64,000 nt of DNA, taken from Eledone cirrhosa. Its lineage: Eukaryota. Below the pieces are notes generated by a model, which saw only the letters and a program-made list of their open reading frames with translations, made no database searches and was not told where the DNA came from. The position numbers and the translations under genes are program-made. The stretch lies in contig OZ024741.1 of the NCBI GenBank assembly GCA_964016885.1, positions 50,406,001-50,470,000 of the forward strand. The letters run 5' to 3'. Below are positions 25,255-38,630 of this stretch, one piece after another. Position 1 is the first letter of the stretch. The number at the start of each line of letters is the position of its first letter.

Positions 25255-26676
25255 TCAACAGGCTTCTGCACAGTTGCCATTTACAAGTTAATCTCCAAGG
25301 TTTTATTAGATAACATTTGTCCAAGGTATATCATTTAGTAGGACCAAACTCTTCACTTGTCAGGGCTTCCATTACAGTTTTGGGATTGGGCGATGGCTTA
25401 TGTATATATACTGTACATGTGTATTGTTAGCCGAGGTTAGCTTTCATCCTTACAGTGTTGATAAAATAAAGCACTAATAATGTACTGGGGTAGATTTGAT
25501 TGCCTTTCCCCTCCCCTAGACAGAAAAAGTAAATTACTAGAAATCCCATAGGTTATAAAAAAACAGGATGGGTTGGGAGGGTCTCTATGTAAACTAAACA
25601 AATAATTCTGGTTTTTAAAAGAATCAATGGAGACAACCTAAAAAAATTACCCCCACCCCCACTACTTATTCCAACACCCTACTTATTCCACTCCTGTTCT
25701 TTGAGACTCAAGAGTATTATTGGATGGGCTTAAACTCCTAAAGCCCCTTTAGCAGCAGAAAGTTTGCTTGTTATCTATTGGAACAAATAGCTACGCAATA
25801 CAAGAATAGTAGTTAGATCTGTTATTAATGCAGTGTGGCTGAGTGGTTAAAATCTTCACTTAGCAATCATTAGGTCCTAGGTTCAATCCCATACCACAGC
25901 ATCTTGAGCATGCGTCATTTACCATGTCAGTAAACCCAAGTCTTGTGAGCAAAACTGAGTAGACAAAAACTGTATGGTTGTTGTTGCTGGTGTTGTTATT
26001 GCTGTTTAGTTAGCAATGATTAGGTCCCAGGTTCAAACCCATTCCATGGCATCTTGAGCATGTATCATTTACTATAATCTCAGGTCAGTCAACCCAAGTC
26101 TTGGGATCAAATTTGAGTGGACAGAAACTTCCTAAGAATTGCCTTAAGTGTACACGTGTCTGTGGAATGCTCAGCCACTTAGACAATTATTTCCCAAGCA
26201 GGGTATTCTTTGAATGAATAACTAGAACCCTGATAGTGGAAATTGACAGGGATATATTCAATGATGTAAACTCATGTCAAGGTGGTCAGTAATCTAGGAT
26301 CTTAACAACACAGCTAACTGAATTGAAGAAATGTTATTGCAGTACCAGACATACTGTTATCCAGGATTTAAAGAAACATTATCTCAAACCGGAGTGTTGA
26401 GACATCATGTCTAATATTATACCATCTGTGTCAACTGACCCATCCAACATGGCTGAAGCAAGAGTCCTACGAGGGGATAATAATGAAATTATTGTGTAAA
26501 GTGCTCAGGTGCACTACAACTCGTCAATATAGTACATAGAATAATACACAAATGTCAGGGAAGTACATGTGTGTATGTGTTAGCTGTTCTGTTGGCGGAT
26601 CTCGGGAAGCATGGAGGCCTTAAAGGATGCAGTGTCTCGACAGCTAACAACTGATGCAGGTAGTTTGTTCCATGCT

Positions 26677-29316
26677 TCAGCAACTCTGAAAGTCATGGGA
26701 ACTGTGCTGTTTTCTTACTTTGTGGGCATGTCCACGTGTGTTAGACACATGGAAATCGAAAAGGTACTCAGGGTTGTTGTTGGCAACATGGTTAACAATT
26801 TTGTGGGTGTTTACCAAGTCAGTTGCCAGGCGTCGGGGCTTCAATGAATCCATGCCCAGGGAAGCAAGGCGCTCAGAGTATGGTAGATGCCTGATGGAGG
26901 GTATTCGCTTGGTTGCACGTCTCTGAACAGTTTCCAGGCGGTCAATGTCCTGAGCAAGATAGGGGTTCCAGACTGGTGATGCAAATTCTAAGTGTGGTCG
27001 CACCATAGCTGTATACAGCCTTAAATAGATATCTGGAGAGCGGCTGACAAAGGTCTTGCTGAGTGATGCTAAGACACCCTCGGCCCTCTTGACAATTTTA
27101 GAGACGTGCCTCATCCAACACAAATCGCTGCTGACCGTAATGCCCAGGTCACGTTTACAGGAAGACTTCTTGATATTAGTGTTGTGGAGGCAGTATGTGG
27201 ACGCTGGGTTTTTACTCCCAAAATGCATGATGGTGCACTTGTCCACAGCTAGCTTGAGTTGCCAGTCTGAGATCCACTGTTGCATTGTGTCAGACTGCAA
27301 GCAAGATCTATAGTGTTCAGGATCTGTCCTTTTTATCTCAAGGTACAGCTTGATGTCGTCTGCGTACTTTAGTACTGTGGCATTCCTTAAGTTGGCATCT
27401 ATGTCATCAATATATGCCACAAACAAAAGGGGGCCAAGAACAGATCCCTGTGGTACACCAGATGACATCTCATATGGTGAGGAATGCTGTCCCAGAACCG
27501 TGACTACCTCTCTTCGACTGAGAATGAAGGACTTCAACCAGTTAAAAAGATCATCCTTCACACCCATTGCAGAGAGTTTTGCCATAAGCCTTTTGTGTGG
27601 CACAGAATTGAAGGCCTTCGCAAAGTCAAGGTAAACAAAATCCACCCATGAGCCGCCATCAGTGATCCGGGTGATGTCCTCAAGAAACTCTATAAGTTGA
27701 TCACAGCAGCTGGAGTTGGGGATAAATCCAAATTGCGAGGGCCGGATAAGACTGTGAGAGCTCCAGAAGTTCCAAAGTGTTTCTCTGACACAGGATTCCA
27801 TCAGTTTGGCGATGCAACTAGTAAGACTGCCTGGACGATAGTTCACAGGTGATGTGCGGTCACCCTTTTTGAACAGAGGAAAGACACTGGCAGTTTTCCA
27901 CTGTTCTGGAGTAGCACTGTTGTTCAGACAGAATTGGAAGAAGCGTGATAACTGGTGTAGAAGGAAGTACCCACCACGTTTAAGAAGCAGGTACGTAACA
28001 CCATCAAGACCAGGAGAGGCATGGTTGCGTTTATTTTTTAGGTGACGTCGCAGCATTGCAGGTGTAAATTCCATGGTTGTAATAGAGTCTGGTGTCATAG
28101 GTGGTGGAGATGGTACACTCTGGTCTTCAATAGTGAAAATGCCTGCATAGCATTCAGCAATGAGCTCTGCGCATTCCTTGGAGTCGTCAGTAACCTGGCT
28201 TGTGTGGGGATTGCGAAGAGGACCAACTGGAGAGTGAGGCCTCTGCTTTGAGTGAACATACTTCCAGAACACCTTATTGTCAGGGCTGGTTGTTATGCGC
28301 TGCTCAAATTGAAGCACTGCCTTTTTTGTCACCTGTTTGAGGTGGTTGGACGATCTATTTCGCCTCTTCCTATTAATGTCTGATTTGTGAAGTTTGTACT
28401 CACATTCAGCATTGCGCCGTTCTTTTCTGGCAAGACGGACTGCTGCAGTCTCCCAAATTGCGCTTTTGGGATGTTTTTTCCGCTTACGTGGCACCGATGC
28501 TGCACATGCTGTCCATATTGAGCTCAGGATGTTCTGGAGTACAGTGTTGACATCTCCAGAGTCGTAGAACTCAAGCCAGTTTGGCCGTTGCAACTCGGTG
28601 CAGTAACAGTTCCAGTCTGCTTTATTCCAGTCAAAGTGAGCAGTTTGGAGATGGTTGTGGTTCTTGTTACTGCCCATGAGGGATAGATTGGCAATGATCA
28701 TAGCATGATCAGAGTCACCTAAAGGTTCCTCAGCAGTAACACTAATGACCTTTTCAGGAGTAGTGGTGAAGAGTAGGTCCAAAGTGTTGTCACCTGTCGT
28801 TTGGGAGGTGACCACCTGGGATCAACTCGAGTCCAGCACCAGCTCAAGGAAGTAATTTGCACTTGGCGGCCAACGAAAGGTCTCCCAGTCAATCTCTGGG
28901 TGATTGAAGTCACCTGCAATGAAAACATAAGTGGCTGTCTTCCTGGCAGCAGCTCTGAGGATATCACAAAGTTGAGTGTCCTGATGGTAATTTGGGGGAC
29001 GGTAAACGACTCCAAGTAGCAGTGTTGACATGGTCATACGTAGATCGCAGAAAAAAATTTCCTGCTGTGATTGGTTCAAATCAGCACAAGGAATTGCCGA
29101 CAGATTTGACCGAACGTAGACCATTACACCACCACCACGACAATTAATACGGTCTTTACGAAACAGGTTGTAGCCAGTCATGCGGAAAACCCCATCACAG
29201 AGTAAGGGATGTGCCCAAGTTTCCGTGACTGTAATGAAGTCCGAGTTGATACTTTTGACGTAGGAGTCAAAAAGATGAATCTTATTGCATAGACTACGTG
29301 CATTCAAGGACAACAA
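26677..29316 (-). pseudogene. CR1 ORF2 (endonuclease + reverse transcriptase), broken by a frameshift near 28820 and a deletion near 26690
   Basis: ORF track, plus comparison with the intact C-terminus of the copy at 55938-56480. Confidence 0.85.
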
Positions 29317-29372
29317 TTTGTACTTTGATTCCAGTCTATGATTATGTGCAGGGGATGGCAGGTTGTTCTGAT

Positions 29373-30365
29373 TTAGTTTCCCAGAGTTTTTTCAGTTTCT
29401 TTATTGTCAGTTGTTGTGGGTACAGTGTTTTCAGACCAGCTGGTGTCTCTTTTCCATGATTCGCCAGCCTTAACAAACTTCCATATCTGCCCATCATCTC
29501 GTAGGCTGAAGCTTTCATGTTCTGCCGAGCTGCGGTTTAGGGAAGCTGCAGCACGCAACTTTGGGCGGACATCAGGTGGAAGACCAGGACGTGTTCGGAA
29601 AGCAATCCGACTTTCACGCCTAGCTTTATCAGAGGCTACAAGGTATGAACGTGCCTCAGTTGAGTTTGAAAACGACAGTCTAATTAACCTGGGTTTCGGG
29701 CCTGGTCGGCCAAGGCGTAGAGCACCCTTTGCGGGAGCACAGCCCAGGTCTTTGGATGAACTGGCAGCAAATGCCTGAAGATCAACTATGTCTTCCGGCA
29801 CACCAATGCCAATCACTTCGTGGTTTGCAGATTCAGTGGCATTCTCAATGCGTCTAGGTTCAACATGAGGTACGCGGAGATTTTTTAACAAGGCACTCCG
29901 GTAAGATCCCTCATTGTGGGGTTCTACACGAACGCTTGATTTTATTTCCGCTATTTCTTGACTTAAAGCAGAAATCATTTGCCGTATTTCCTCAAACTCC
30001 GTATTGACGGTCGGTTTTTGTTGTTGTTCTTCTCCTTCAACAGGCATGGTAGAAGACACAGTCGTCGGTTGTTGTTGTTGAAAAGTAACAGGTGAGGAAG
30101 ACATGGGTTGCTGTTGTTGATGAAGTCCTTCAACGGGGGTAGTAGCAGAAGCTACAGTCGTTGGTTTTTGCTGTTGTTCAGGGACAATGGTAGAGGAAGA
30201 CACGATCCTCGGTTTTTGTTGTTGTTGTTCAGGAACAATGGTAGAAGACACGATCTTCAGTCTTTGTTGTTGTTGTTGTTCCGCAGTAATGGGAGAAGCA
30301 GGCATACAGTCCAGGCACTGAAAGGACCAGTTTGTTAGCTGGACCATCTCCCAGAGTCTATCCAT
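29373..30365 (-). CDS. CR1 ORF1 with Q-rich tandem repeats; frame stays open upstream through a PHD-like finger
   Basis: 330-aa ORF with RLGRPGPKPRLIRLSF. Upstream in-frame sequence reads CHIC...WVECGTC...CLQC, completed by FQCLDC. Confidence 0.75.
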   Translation of the reverse strand: MDRLWEMVQLTNWSFQCLDCMPASPITAEQQQQQRLKIVSSTIVPEQQQQKPRIVSSSTIVPEQQQKPTTVASATTPVEGLHQQQQPMSSSPVTFQQQQPTTVSSTMPVEGEEQQQKPTVNTEFEEIRQMISALSQEIAEIKSSVRVEPHNEGSYRSALLKNLRVPHVEPRRIENATESANHEVIGIGVPEDIVDLQAFAASSSKDLGCAPAKGALRLGRPGPKPRLIRLSFSNSTEARSYLVASDKARRESRIAFRTRPGLPPDVRPKLRAAASLNRSSAEHESFSLRDDGQIWKFVKAGESWKRDTSWSENTVPTTTDNKETEKTLGN

Positions 30366-30969
30366 CGTAGCAATATGATGTTTCTTATTTTGGCCTGGGA
30401 TCTTCCGGAAGCCTGTGGCGCATTGAAGGCAGACAGAGATGCGACAGGTTCCACATTCAACCCAACGATTACGGAACGAGTTTTCGGGTTCCGTACAGAT
30501 ATGGCAGGTGTGATCTTCCGGGCAATGTTCTATTTTGGGACATCGACCAGTTTTGTCGCATACTTCATCGATGGCAATTTTGATGCTAAAGGTTCCTGGC
30601 TTAAAGGGTAGAGCTGTTACCTTTACATGGGAGGTAGGACCACTGCAGTAAGTGTGTGAATATGTTGAATAAAATCATAATTAACTGATCCTCTTATTAT
30701 TTTATCAATTTGTATATACCACTCCAGTCATAGATTTTTATGTGCTTTACCAGGATAGTACTTTAGCCCCTATCCAACGTTCTAACATCACAGCTACGTA
30801 ATTTTTTTATGGCAACAATAATATCTATAATAGTAGATGAATCACTACCTCCTTACGGATAACTGATGTTGTACACCAGGTCCGAACACAGAAGAGCCGA
30901 ACTCCCACTGTCATTGCTTCCATCTCTGCACAAGGGTACCGCTGGAGAGAGTGTCACTGCACCAACACT

Positions 30970-31117
30970 ACACCTGATATTCCCCCTCCATATACACGCA
31001 TGTATGTGTGTGTCTGTGTGTATATCATGAATGTTCACTTTCCTGACATTTGTGCATTATTCTATGTACTATACATGCACCTTTGATGAGTTGTAGTGCA
31101 CCTGAGCACTGTACACA
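30970..31117 (+). mobile_element. CR1 3' UTR fragment
   Basis: Matches the reverse complement of 55800-55945. Confidence 0.75.
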
Positions 31118-31601
31118 GGACACCATGCTTTGACACATAGAGTTACGGCTCTAGCCATTCTAAGTTCAAATCCCACCGAGGTTTACTTTGCCCTTCATCC
31201 TTACGGGATCGATAAAATAAAGTACCAGTAATGCACAGTGTAATTGCTGGCTTTGTGCCAAAAGTAGAAACATTATTATTATTATAAATGCTTGCTACAG
31301 AGTCTATTCTACCAAAAGCACCCAAGGGTCAGGCGGTCGTATGAAATTGAATGTTGGATTAAGTCTACGACCCAAATTATTTTCCTCATTCAGTGACAGA
31401 TGTCTCTTTGAATCCTATGGACATATAAACTAACACGCCTGTCACATCTACACGGTACAGTGCACCACTGCACCCCACTTCACCTGTGATCTTTCATGAA
31501 AGTCAGTAATGTGTATCTTTTGATCATAAACATTTAATTTTTTTCCAGTTTTCACAGATTTTCCATATTCATTATTCTGTTGCCCGACTTTTCTTACTTA
31601 A

Positions 31602-31818
31602 CCTTTTAAGCATTTAAATCGGCCATATCTGGCCAGTATTCTCTCACCTCTTTCTGTTTAAACAGGCCATAACCAGCTACTCATATTTATGTTAAAGTAT
31701 TGTTCTCAAAATAAATAATATAAAAATCTTGTAGATTCGATATTATGTGAGATAAAGCCTTTACTGTGAAAATACAACAGTATATATATATATATATAGT
31801 AATGTAAATGCTAAAGGG
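31602..31818. mobile_element. piggyBac-like MITE
   Basis: TTAA|CCTTTTAAGCATTTA ... TAAATGCTAAAGGG|TTAA. A second copy lies at 54800-56837. Confidence 0.75.
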
Positions 31819-34609
31819 TTAAATTTTCCTGTTGGATCTCCATTGGATCCGATGACAAATGATCTAGTTATTTCACCAATGGAACCATCTACGCATGAAA
31901 TTAATGTACAAATAAATGAGAATTCCACAGACACATATACCCTTATCACAGTTCTGAGAAACATTCAAAGTATATTGAAACTGTGTGACATGTTTGACAC
32001 ATTTTTGCAAGCTGAATGGACAGAGAAGAGGTGTGAAATAAAGTGTCTTGTTCAGAGAATCAAACATTTTTGCAAGCTGAATGGACAGAAGAGGTGTGAA
32101 ATAAAGTGTCTTGTTCACAGAATCAAACTCACAACCATATCATCATAAGATACACACACTAACCACTAAACCACACACCTTCAACCAATCAGTCCTTTAT
32201 GTATAAGAGATGTAATGTATCTAAGACTCTATTATGTTATGTATCCTTCTTTTGTGTTGTTGTTTAGCCCCAGGTCATCCCTGATTCATCAGATGTATTA
32301 TCAAACGTTTTCCATCCCATCTTTTATTCAGTCACAATATAACTAAGACAAGTTTATGTCCTTTTTCTAAGACCGTGGGGTGTGATTTGGTAATTTGTTT
32401 GCTATTTCTATCAAATCAAATGATTATGTAGCCACTCATAGTTTCTAATAAAGGTAACAATACTTCACTAAATGTTTCTCATCTTTATTGAAGTGTGTTA
32501 ATCTGTCAAAACCCCTATTCTTGTGCTATACAAGATATTCCATTGTTTAGCTACATTGGGATGGGTAGGGTGTAGAATACAAAGAATTACAAAATACCGA
32601 AGAAAAAAAAGATTTGACTTCTGAAAAGGAAATGAAAATAACTTGTTACAAATTAGAGTGAATTTGAGGAATTTGACCTTACTTTTAGAGACCCAGAGAA
32701 AGCTTGTCAGTAATAATCAACAACATTTCACTTGAGGTATGCTTTATAAATAATTACAATTTGTATGTGATAGCTATAATTAATTAATCATAATAACCTT
32801 CATTTGCTTCATCAGTAAGTTACGATAGTATTTTACATGTGTCACCATCAGTCATCTGTGACAGCAGTGAGGTAGGAGAATATTTTTATGTGTGTCATCA
32901 TCAGTCAACTGTAACAATGATAATATGTGACAACAATTACCTTTAAACAACAGTTGTGTAAGTAATCATGAAGATGAATTATGGTAGTGAAAATATTCTA
33001 CTTACAGCTTAGATTCTTTCTGATGTCAAGTAAAGAAGTATGGCTGTGTGGTTAAAAATTCACTTTGGAGCAAATGGCTTTCTAATTCAATACCACTGTG
33101 CAATAAATTGAGCAAATGTCTTGTCTTACTTCAGGTAAACTGATACTTTGTGAGTGGAATTTGAGAGAAACTGTGGTATGTATGCATGTAGTGTGTGTAT
33201 TAGTTTGAGGAGGAAGAGTAGCTCCCATAATAATTTTACAGAAAATGGAAGGAAATTATTCTCAGAGAAGAGACATGGCCCAAATGTTTGCAACTGAATG
33301 GACCCTGCTTAAGAAACCCCAAAGCCAGGTGATTAATTTAAACCAGGCAATGTATTCAGCCTATCATCCAATAATAACAATAATTCTTCCTATGGTTTCT
33401 GGTCCAGAATATTTTTCTAACAAGTCTTTACTCAACCTGAGGTTAAGATAGAAAACATTTACCAAAGGTGTCATACAGTGGGGTGTTTAACAAAACCACA
33501 GACTAATGAAGTGAACCTCATAACCATGTTTATGCCTGTCTTTATATAGCCTCCCTCTTATGTAGAAAATGCTTAGTTGACAACAGTTTTCAGTTCACTT
33601 TTGAAAAATAGTGAATGTTAAATGATCACTCTTTCTTTCCCCAATAAATTTTAAACCTTCCATCAATGTATTCTAGTTTATTTTGGCTCTGTGATGTATT
33701 GCCTATCCTGGTCGTCCTTGGACAGCTTTAGTATCATTTTTTTTTCAAAAGAAGTTGCTGGCTTTTTGTTCAGTTCTTTCTCCAGAAATAGAGAAAGGGG
33801 TACTGTAAGTGTTCACCAACGACCCTCCTACAGCGCCGAGAGAGAGGGAAGGAAAGAGAAAGAAAGGTTGGGGGGAATAAATTAGAAAAGAATCGACTTC
33901 TGCACTTGATTGGTACTATATCTATTGACTTCGTAAGGTGGGAGAACAATGTCAACCTCGGTAGGATTTGAACTTATGAAAACCCTTAAAAGCATTCTCT
34001 TCGACGTTCTATCGATTTGTCGCATGGTGGAAATTAAAAAGTTAAAAGTTAATACCCCGTGCCAATAAATGAGTAAAGGGAGATAATTCTCTTTTTGTTT
34101 ATGATTGAATTATTTCCCTTGAAAGTCCTTAATTTTTTTTTTTATTTGCTCGTCGACTAACAGTAGATGTGATCACAATACTAAATCAGTCTTAAATCAT
34201 CTATTCCTTAATCAGTTGCAAGATTTTTACTTGGAAGAGGAGAAACTTTTGTAGACTATACTATATTAGGCAAGCTGACAGGGTAGGTGTTCGGATTAAA
34301 CGTCTGAAGGAAAACCATAGGTAGAGAGGGAGGAACATAAAAATGTTTATTTATTTATTTAATGTTTTAGAGAGGGAAGGGCATTATCATCGATTTATTT
34401 GTCATTTTTGTTTTCATTTTTCCACGCTAGCATGAATTGGACAAGAGTTTCTGGGTAATTTATATTTAGGAAATTTATTTTCAAAAGATAAATAAATATT
34501 AGAAAGAAAGATAAAAGCAAAATTAAGTAATGAGAAAATGGGAAAGGGGTAAGGAAGGGTAGATCTGGCTGTATGGGAAAGTAGAGGAAAAGCAAGGACA
34601 TGGTGGTGT

Positions 34610-34790
34610 TAGGGCTGCACCTCACGAACAAGATTGCAAAAGCATTTCCACGGACAATGACCAGCCACCTCACCTTGCGGGGCTCCTTCCTCAGATGGAC
34701 TGCTGACATTCCGATCATGCAGAGGAGTTTGGCAGTATAGGGTCTGAGTATGCTTGCGGTCTCAACGGCAACTGGTGCAATGAACATATA
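34610..34790 (-). mobile_element. CRE-like 3' fragment
   Basis: APVAVETASIL...IVRGNAFAIL. Confidence 0.65.
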
Positions 34791-35279
34791 AATTAAGATC
34801 TATAAGAGAAGACACGGCCCAGTGGCTGAAGTGAGAAACCAGTCCGCGGTAATGTTTTGTAGTTACATATTGGAATGATGTTTGTTGAGCAAAAGCAAAT
34901 GGTTATTTACTTTAGTAAGGTCAAGCTGTAAGAGAATTAGTTTATTAAAAGAAGCGGGAATTTCTCCATTTGGGCGGAAGTTGAGATACATATTCTTACA
35001 CTGGTAGCGATTAGCTTAACTCAGCCAAACAATGTACGGAAAGGGTATCAATGCACCAAAGGAAAGTAGCTTGCTATAAAAATATGGACAGTGTTGGTCA
35101 ACCCTGTTTGGTTGTAAGACAAACAAAACACAATATGGTCAGTATTGGTCAAGAGTAATGTTAAAGTTTGTCCCAAGCCCAGATGTTTATGAAACTGGAG
35201 TTAGTCCTGGTTTTGTTGGCGTCAAGTGATTGAAAGACAAGTAATTCAAAGACAGCCCCCTGGACAGGATGCCAGTCTA

Positions 35280-35608
35280 TTGAAGGGTTTAGAAAGAAAC
35301 TGGGCATAAGAGGGATAAGTTGTGGTGTGCAGGAGAGAAAGCTGAGATGGTATGGACATGTGATGCGCATGGAAGATGACCACTGGGTAAAGAAGTGCCA
35401 AGAAATCACAGTAGAAGGAAGACGCAGTAGAGGTAGACCACGAAAAACATGGGCGGGGGTGGTGAGAGCAGACCTCAGATCACTGAAACTCACCGAGGAG
35501 ATGACGAAGGACCATGACAAGTGGAGAGATGCTGTGCTGAATAGGACCCGTCCAACCCTTGCAAGCAGAGAAAAGCAGACGTAAAATGATGATGATGATG
35601 ATGATGAT
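35280..35608 (+). mobile_element. RTE 3' fragment (second family)
   Basis: QERKLRWYGHVMRM...GRPRKTW; (GAT)n tail. Confidence 0.85.
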
Positions 35609-36070
35609 ACTGCTGGTATTCATCTTCAGTTTAGTGGATTAAGGGAACATGAATATGGTGTTTTACTCCAGAACACAACACACCCACTGGTCCAAGTGTT
35701 GAACCCACCACATTACAATTGTAAACTCTACACCCTAACCACCAGGCCACGTGCCTAATCTTGAGGAGAATCAAACTTCATATGAATTTAACTGCATTTG
35801 ATGTCATTCCAGTCGCGTTGGTAATCTGTGTGCTGCTGGACAGTGTGGCCAACGGTAACCTAGACAGTCAGTGCCAACTCGAATATTGGATCCACATTAG
35901 ATTCGGGTGCGTATTGGAGAACATGGCTAGAAATGGTGGAGGAGGAAAACTGTGTTGGCAGTATCATGATAGAACTTGGGCGTTTCATTCAACACATAAA
36001 CGAAATTAATATTAATTTTCTTAATATATCAAGAAAAGAAATGATTATTAACGTTTCATTTTACCCTATA

Positions 36071-36264
36071 CGAGGGTCGGCTAAAAAGTTCATAGGTTGA
36101 CCAAGATACTCTCATGGAATGACCAAAGGTTTATTTTTCAACATAGTCCCTAGAAAGAAACAATGCCGTTTTAGTAAGAAGGGTTAAAATTAATGTACAC
36201 AAAATTTCACAGCTCTAGCATCAATCCTTCATGATTAGCCTATGAACCTTTCAGCCAGCCCTCG
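36071..36264. mobile_element. mariner-like MITE
   Basis: TA|CGAGGGTCGGCTAAAAAGTTCATAGG ... CCTATGAACCTTTCAGCCAGCCCTCG|TA. A partial copy lies at about 43127-43207. Confidence 0.8.
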
Positions 36265-36779
36265 TATAAGGTAAATTTCATCAATATAACGAGATGCTGT
36301 CTCCTTACTCTCAACTTTAAGTTTCGCAAAAGGAACATATAAACTTTATTAAATTTTAAATATATACATAAATAATATTACAAATTGCTCAAAATTCTTT
36401 TAGAATGAAAATATAAACACTTTCACTTTTGTAGGGGGATTCAAATTGCCATTGTTCATAACAGTGTTTATACTGGATAAGAAAGAGTAACTTTCGTCGG
36501 ACATCCTTTGCGGCATATAGTTACAGCCCTTTATGTTCTAGGTTCTAATCCCGCCTTTCATCCTTACGGGATCGATAAAATAAAGTACCGGTATCGTACT
36601 AGGGTCGATTTAATCGATTTCCCCCTCACTAAAATTGCTAGCCTTGTGTCTAAATCAGAAACCATTATAAAAAGAAGCTTTGTCCTGCTAAATCTTGACA
36701 CAAAAGTTTCCACTTTGGTGGGACGCTATTGTATATGCATGTCACGACAGTGGGGTAGAACTGTAAACAGGCGAGATTA

Positions 36780-37215
36780 TATTGGCAAGAATCAGTAGAG
36801 CGATGTGCAAAACGCACTGGTGTGTATTAAAAATACACCCTTTGACGTTCGGGCGTCAAAATTGGTCTGAGTAAGTAAAATAAGTGTCAGCCACGCACTA
36901 AGCTTTTAATAAACCATCCATGACTATCTTATGGGACTTTAACAAACGAAGTATCTTGTTTAGTTGTTGATTCGAATACATTTTAAATTAATTATTGATA
37001 CGTTGGATTTTAATGAAAAAATAATAACAATAATAAGAGATTTAATTATAATCAACGCAATTTTCATAATATTGGCGTCGTTAAGTAAATTAAGTTTAGT
37101 AACAACATCAACAGTTGGAAATTTCAGCCAATCAGGAAGTGGTTTTTTATTCAGTCCGTAACACTTTGGCGGCAAAAATGGATGGCTTGTTTAAAATGCC
37201 CAGAATTTGAATATT
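36780..37215 (+). promoter_or_regulatory. Putative DBF4 promoter: CCAAT boxes, ETS site, bidirectional E2F site
   Basis: CCAAT at 37128-32; ATTGG at 36781, 36860 and 37071; GGAAGT at 37135-40; TTTGGCGGCAAA at 37165-76 (minus strand TTTGCCGC fits TTTSSCGC); TTTGAA at 37206. Confidence 0.6.
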
Positions 37216-37272
37216 ATCTGAGGCATTTCCTCTTATTGAAGCAAACTCTCTTCGCATGATCTTTAATAAATG
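37160..37272 (+). other. Putative non-coding first exon of DBF4 (start approximate)
   Basis: Follows the promoter motifs and ends at ATG|GTACGT, a donor followed by T-rich intron-like sequence. Confidence 0.4.
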
Positions 37273-38329
37273 GTACGTCAGGAATTTGGTACTCTGGTCA
37301 GTGATCTTTTATTTTTCGTTCAATTTTCAATAAGTTATTTTATTCATTTAACAATTAAGTCCAGTTATATTTTTTAATTCTCTGTCGTTTACAGCCGACT
37401 GTTTAATATTTGTTGTCTGTTTCAAGAAATATTTAGATTTTTTTCAAAATTTCCCTATAATATTTTAAAATCACTAACATGTTTTTATTCTTCGATCTTC
37501 TTGTTGTCTATTTTTTATTATAAATTTATACTTGACGATATTAGGTTTATCTTTTTTCCCCCATATGTTTCTTCCAAATGTTTTTTTTTTCTTCTCTCTC
37601 TTTGATTATATTTATAAGGTCCCTAGCAACAATTGATTACATGTATGTACTCCTATTTAATCTTATATTATTTGTTATATGATAATAAAATTATTTTAAA
37701 TTCTTTATTCCTATATTGGCACTGATCAGTTATGTATTTTTATCTAGTAATATAACAACAACTGACTTAGAAACGATGGCTCTAGCGACATTATTGTTCC
37801 AAACAAACGATAGCAGTCATACAAAAACTCTGTTAAACAGTCGCCTGGTTAGATCTAATACCTCGGAGTAGATATTTTTAAATGAATAAACTCCACTACA
37901 GCTATTTTTGTACGTTTCTTCCTGTTTGTATTATATATATATATGTATATATATATAACCTTACACTTTCACGCGATATATATACTTTTAAAAACACCGG
38001 TCTTATTTTCTTTCCTCGATGGTACACCTTTTCTTTTAAACCTACTGAATCTCAGGTTATTGTATAATCATTTATAGTGCTTCTGAAGATGTATAATATT
38101 TCGTAATGCTTTGTTATACTCAATATTTTTCTCTCTTTAAGCTAAATTGAAATAACATAAGCATTGGTTGAATAAGATGTATTGAAACATTTGTAAAGCT
38201 ATTAAATTGTTTAAAGAAATACCGCATCGTCTCATATTGTTATATATATTAGTGAAAGTAGAGGATCTATATAATGCGTTTAGAATGAGGGGTTTTTTTA
38301 AAACTAAGGCGTAGATTAGAGAGTCACTC

Positions 38330-38630
38330 CAGGTTAAGCTGCTACTTCTCTGAATTGAGAGATTACAACTCTGATGCTATGGGCATGTGGTTAGAATGTC
38401 TCCAGAAAGAGTCGCTGGACAGATTTTACGTGCAAAACCAACAGGAGATCCAGGGGTGGACCCTGAGCAAGATGGTTGGATAAGATCCATGAGCTCGGCT
38501 GCTCTGACTTGGGGATCCAGTCAGATCAGTTGGAGACTGTTGCTTCTGACATGATCCACTGGAAGAAAAGTTTGAGGGCTCTGCCTCCATGACCCTCTCA
38601 GGAATATGTGGGCAAAGGAGGATTCAGTTA
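38330..38630 (+). mobile_element. Degenerate Expander/Rex3-like RTE 3' end
   Basis: Decayed LL..IER.QL..YGHVVRM...ARWLDKI...LRALPP. Confidence 0.55.

Larger units (their letters stand above)
26477..30640 (-). mobile_element. Near-full-length CR1-group LINE (ORF1, APE, RT, 3' UTR with (ATT)n tail)
   Basis: ORF1 29373-30365; APE 28822-29316 (LNARSL, VTETW, VYRPP, GDFN); RT 26677-28815 (YLDFAKAF, GVPQGSVLGPLLF, KYADD, RPHLEFASPVWNP). Frameshift between APE and RT. Confidence 0.95.

Noticed and set aside
26611-30611. Plus-strand ORFs over the CR1 (likewise antisense ORFs over the RTE, Tx1 and CRE copies)
   Set aside because: Antisense shadows of retroelement coding sequence.
31080-31115. TTGATGAG... 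in the CR1 3' UTR as a hammerhead
   Set aside because: Lacks C3 and the GAAA half of the core.
32000-32130. About 63-bp direct duplication within ORF 31843-32148
   Set aside because: Local tandem duplication inside a decayed SINE; the ORF is not credible.
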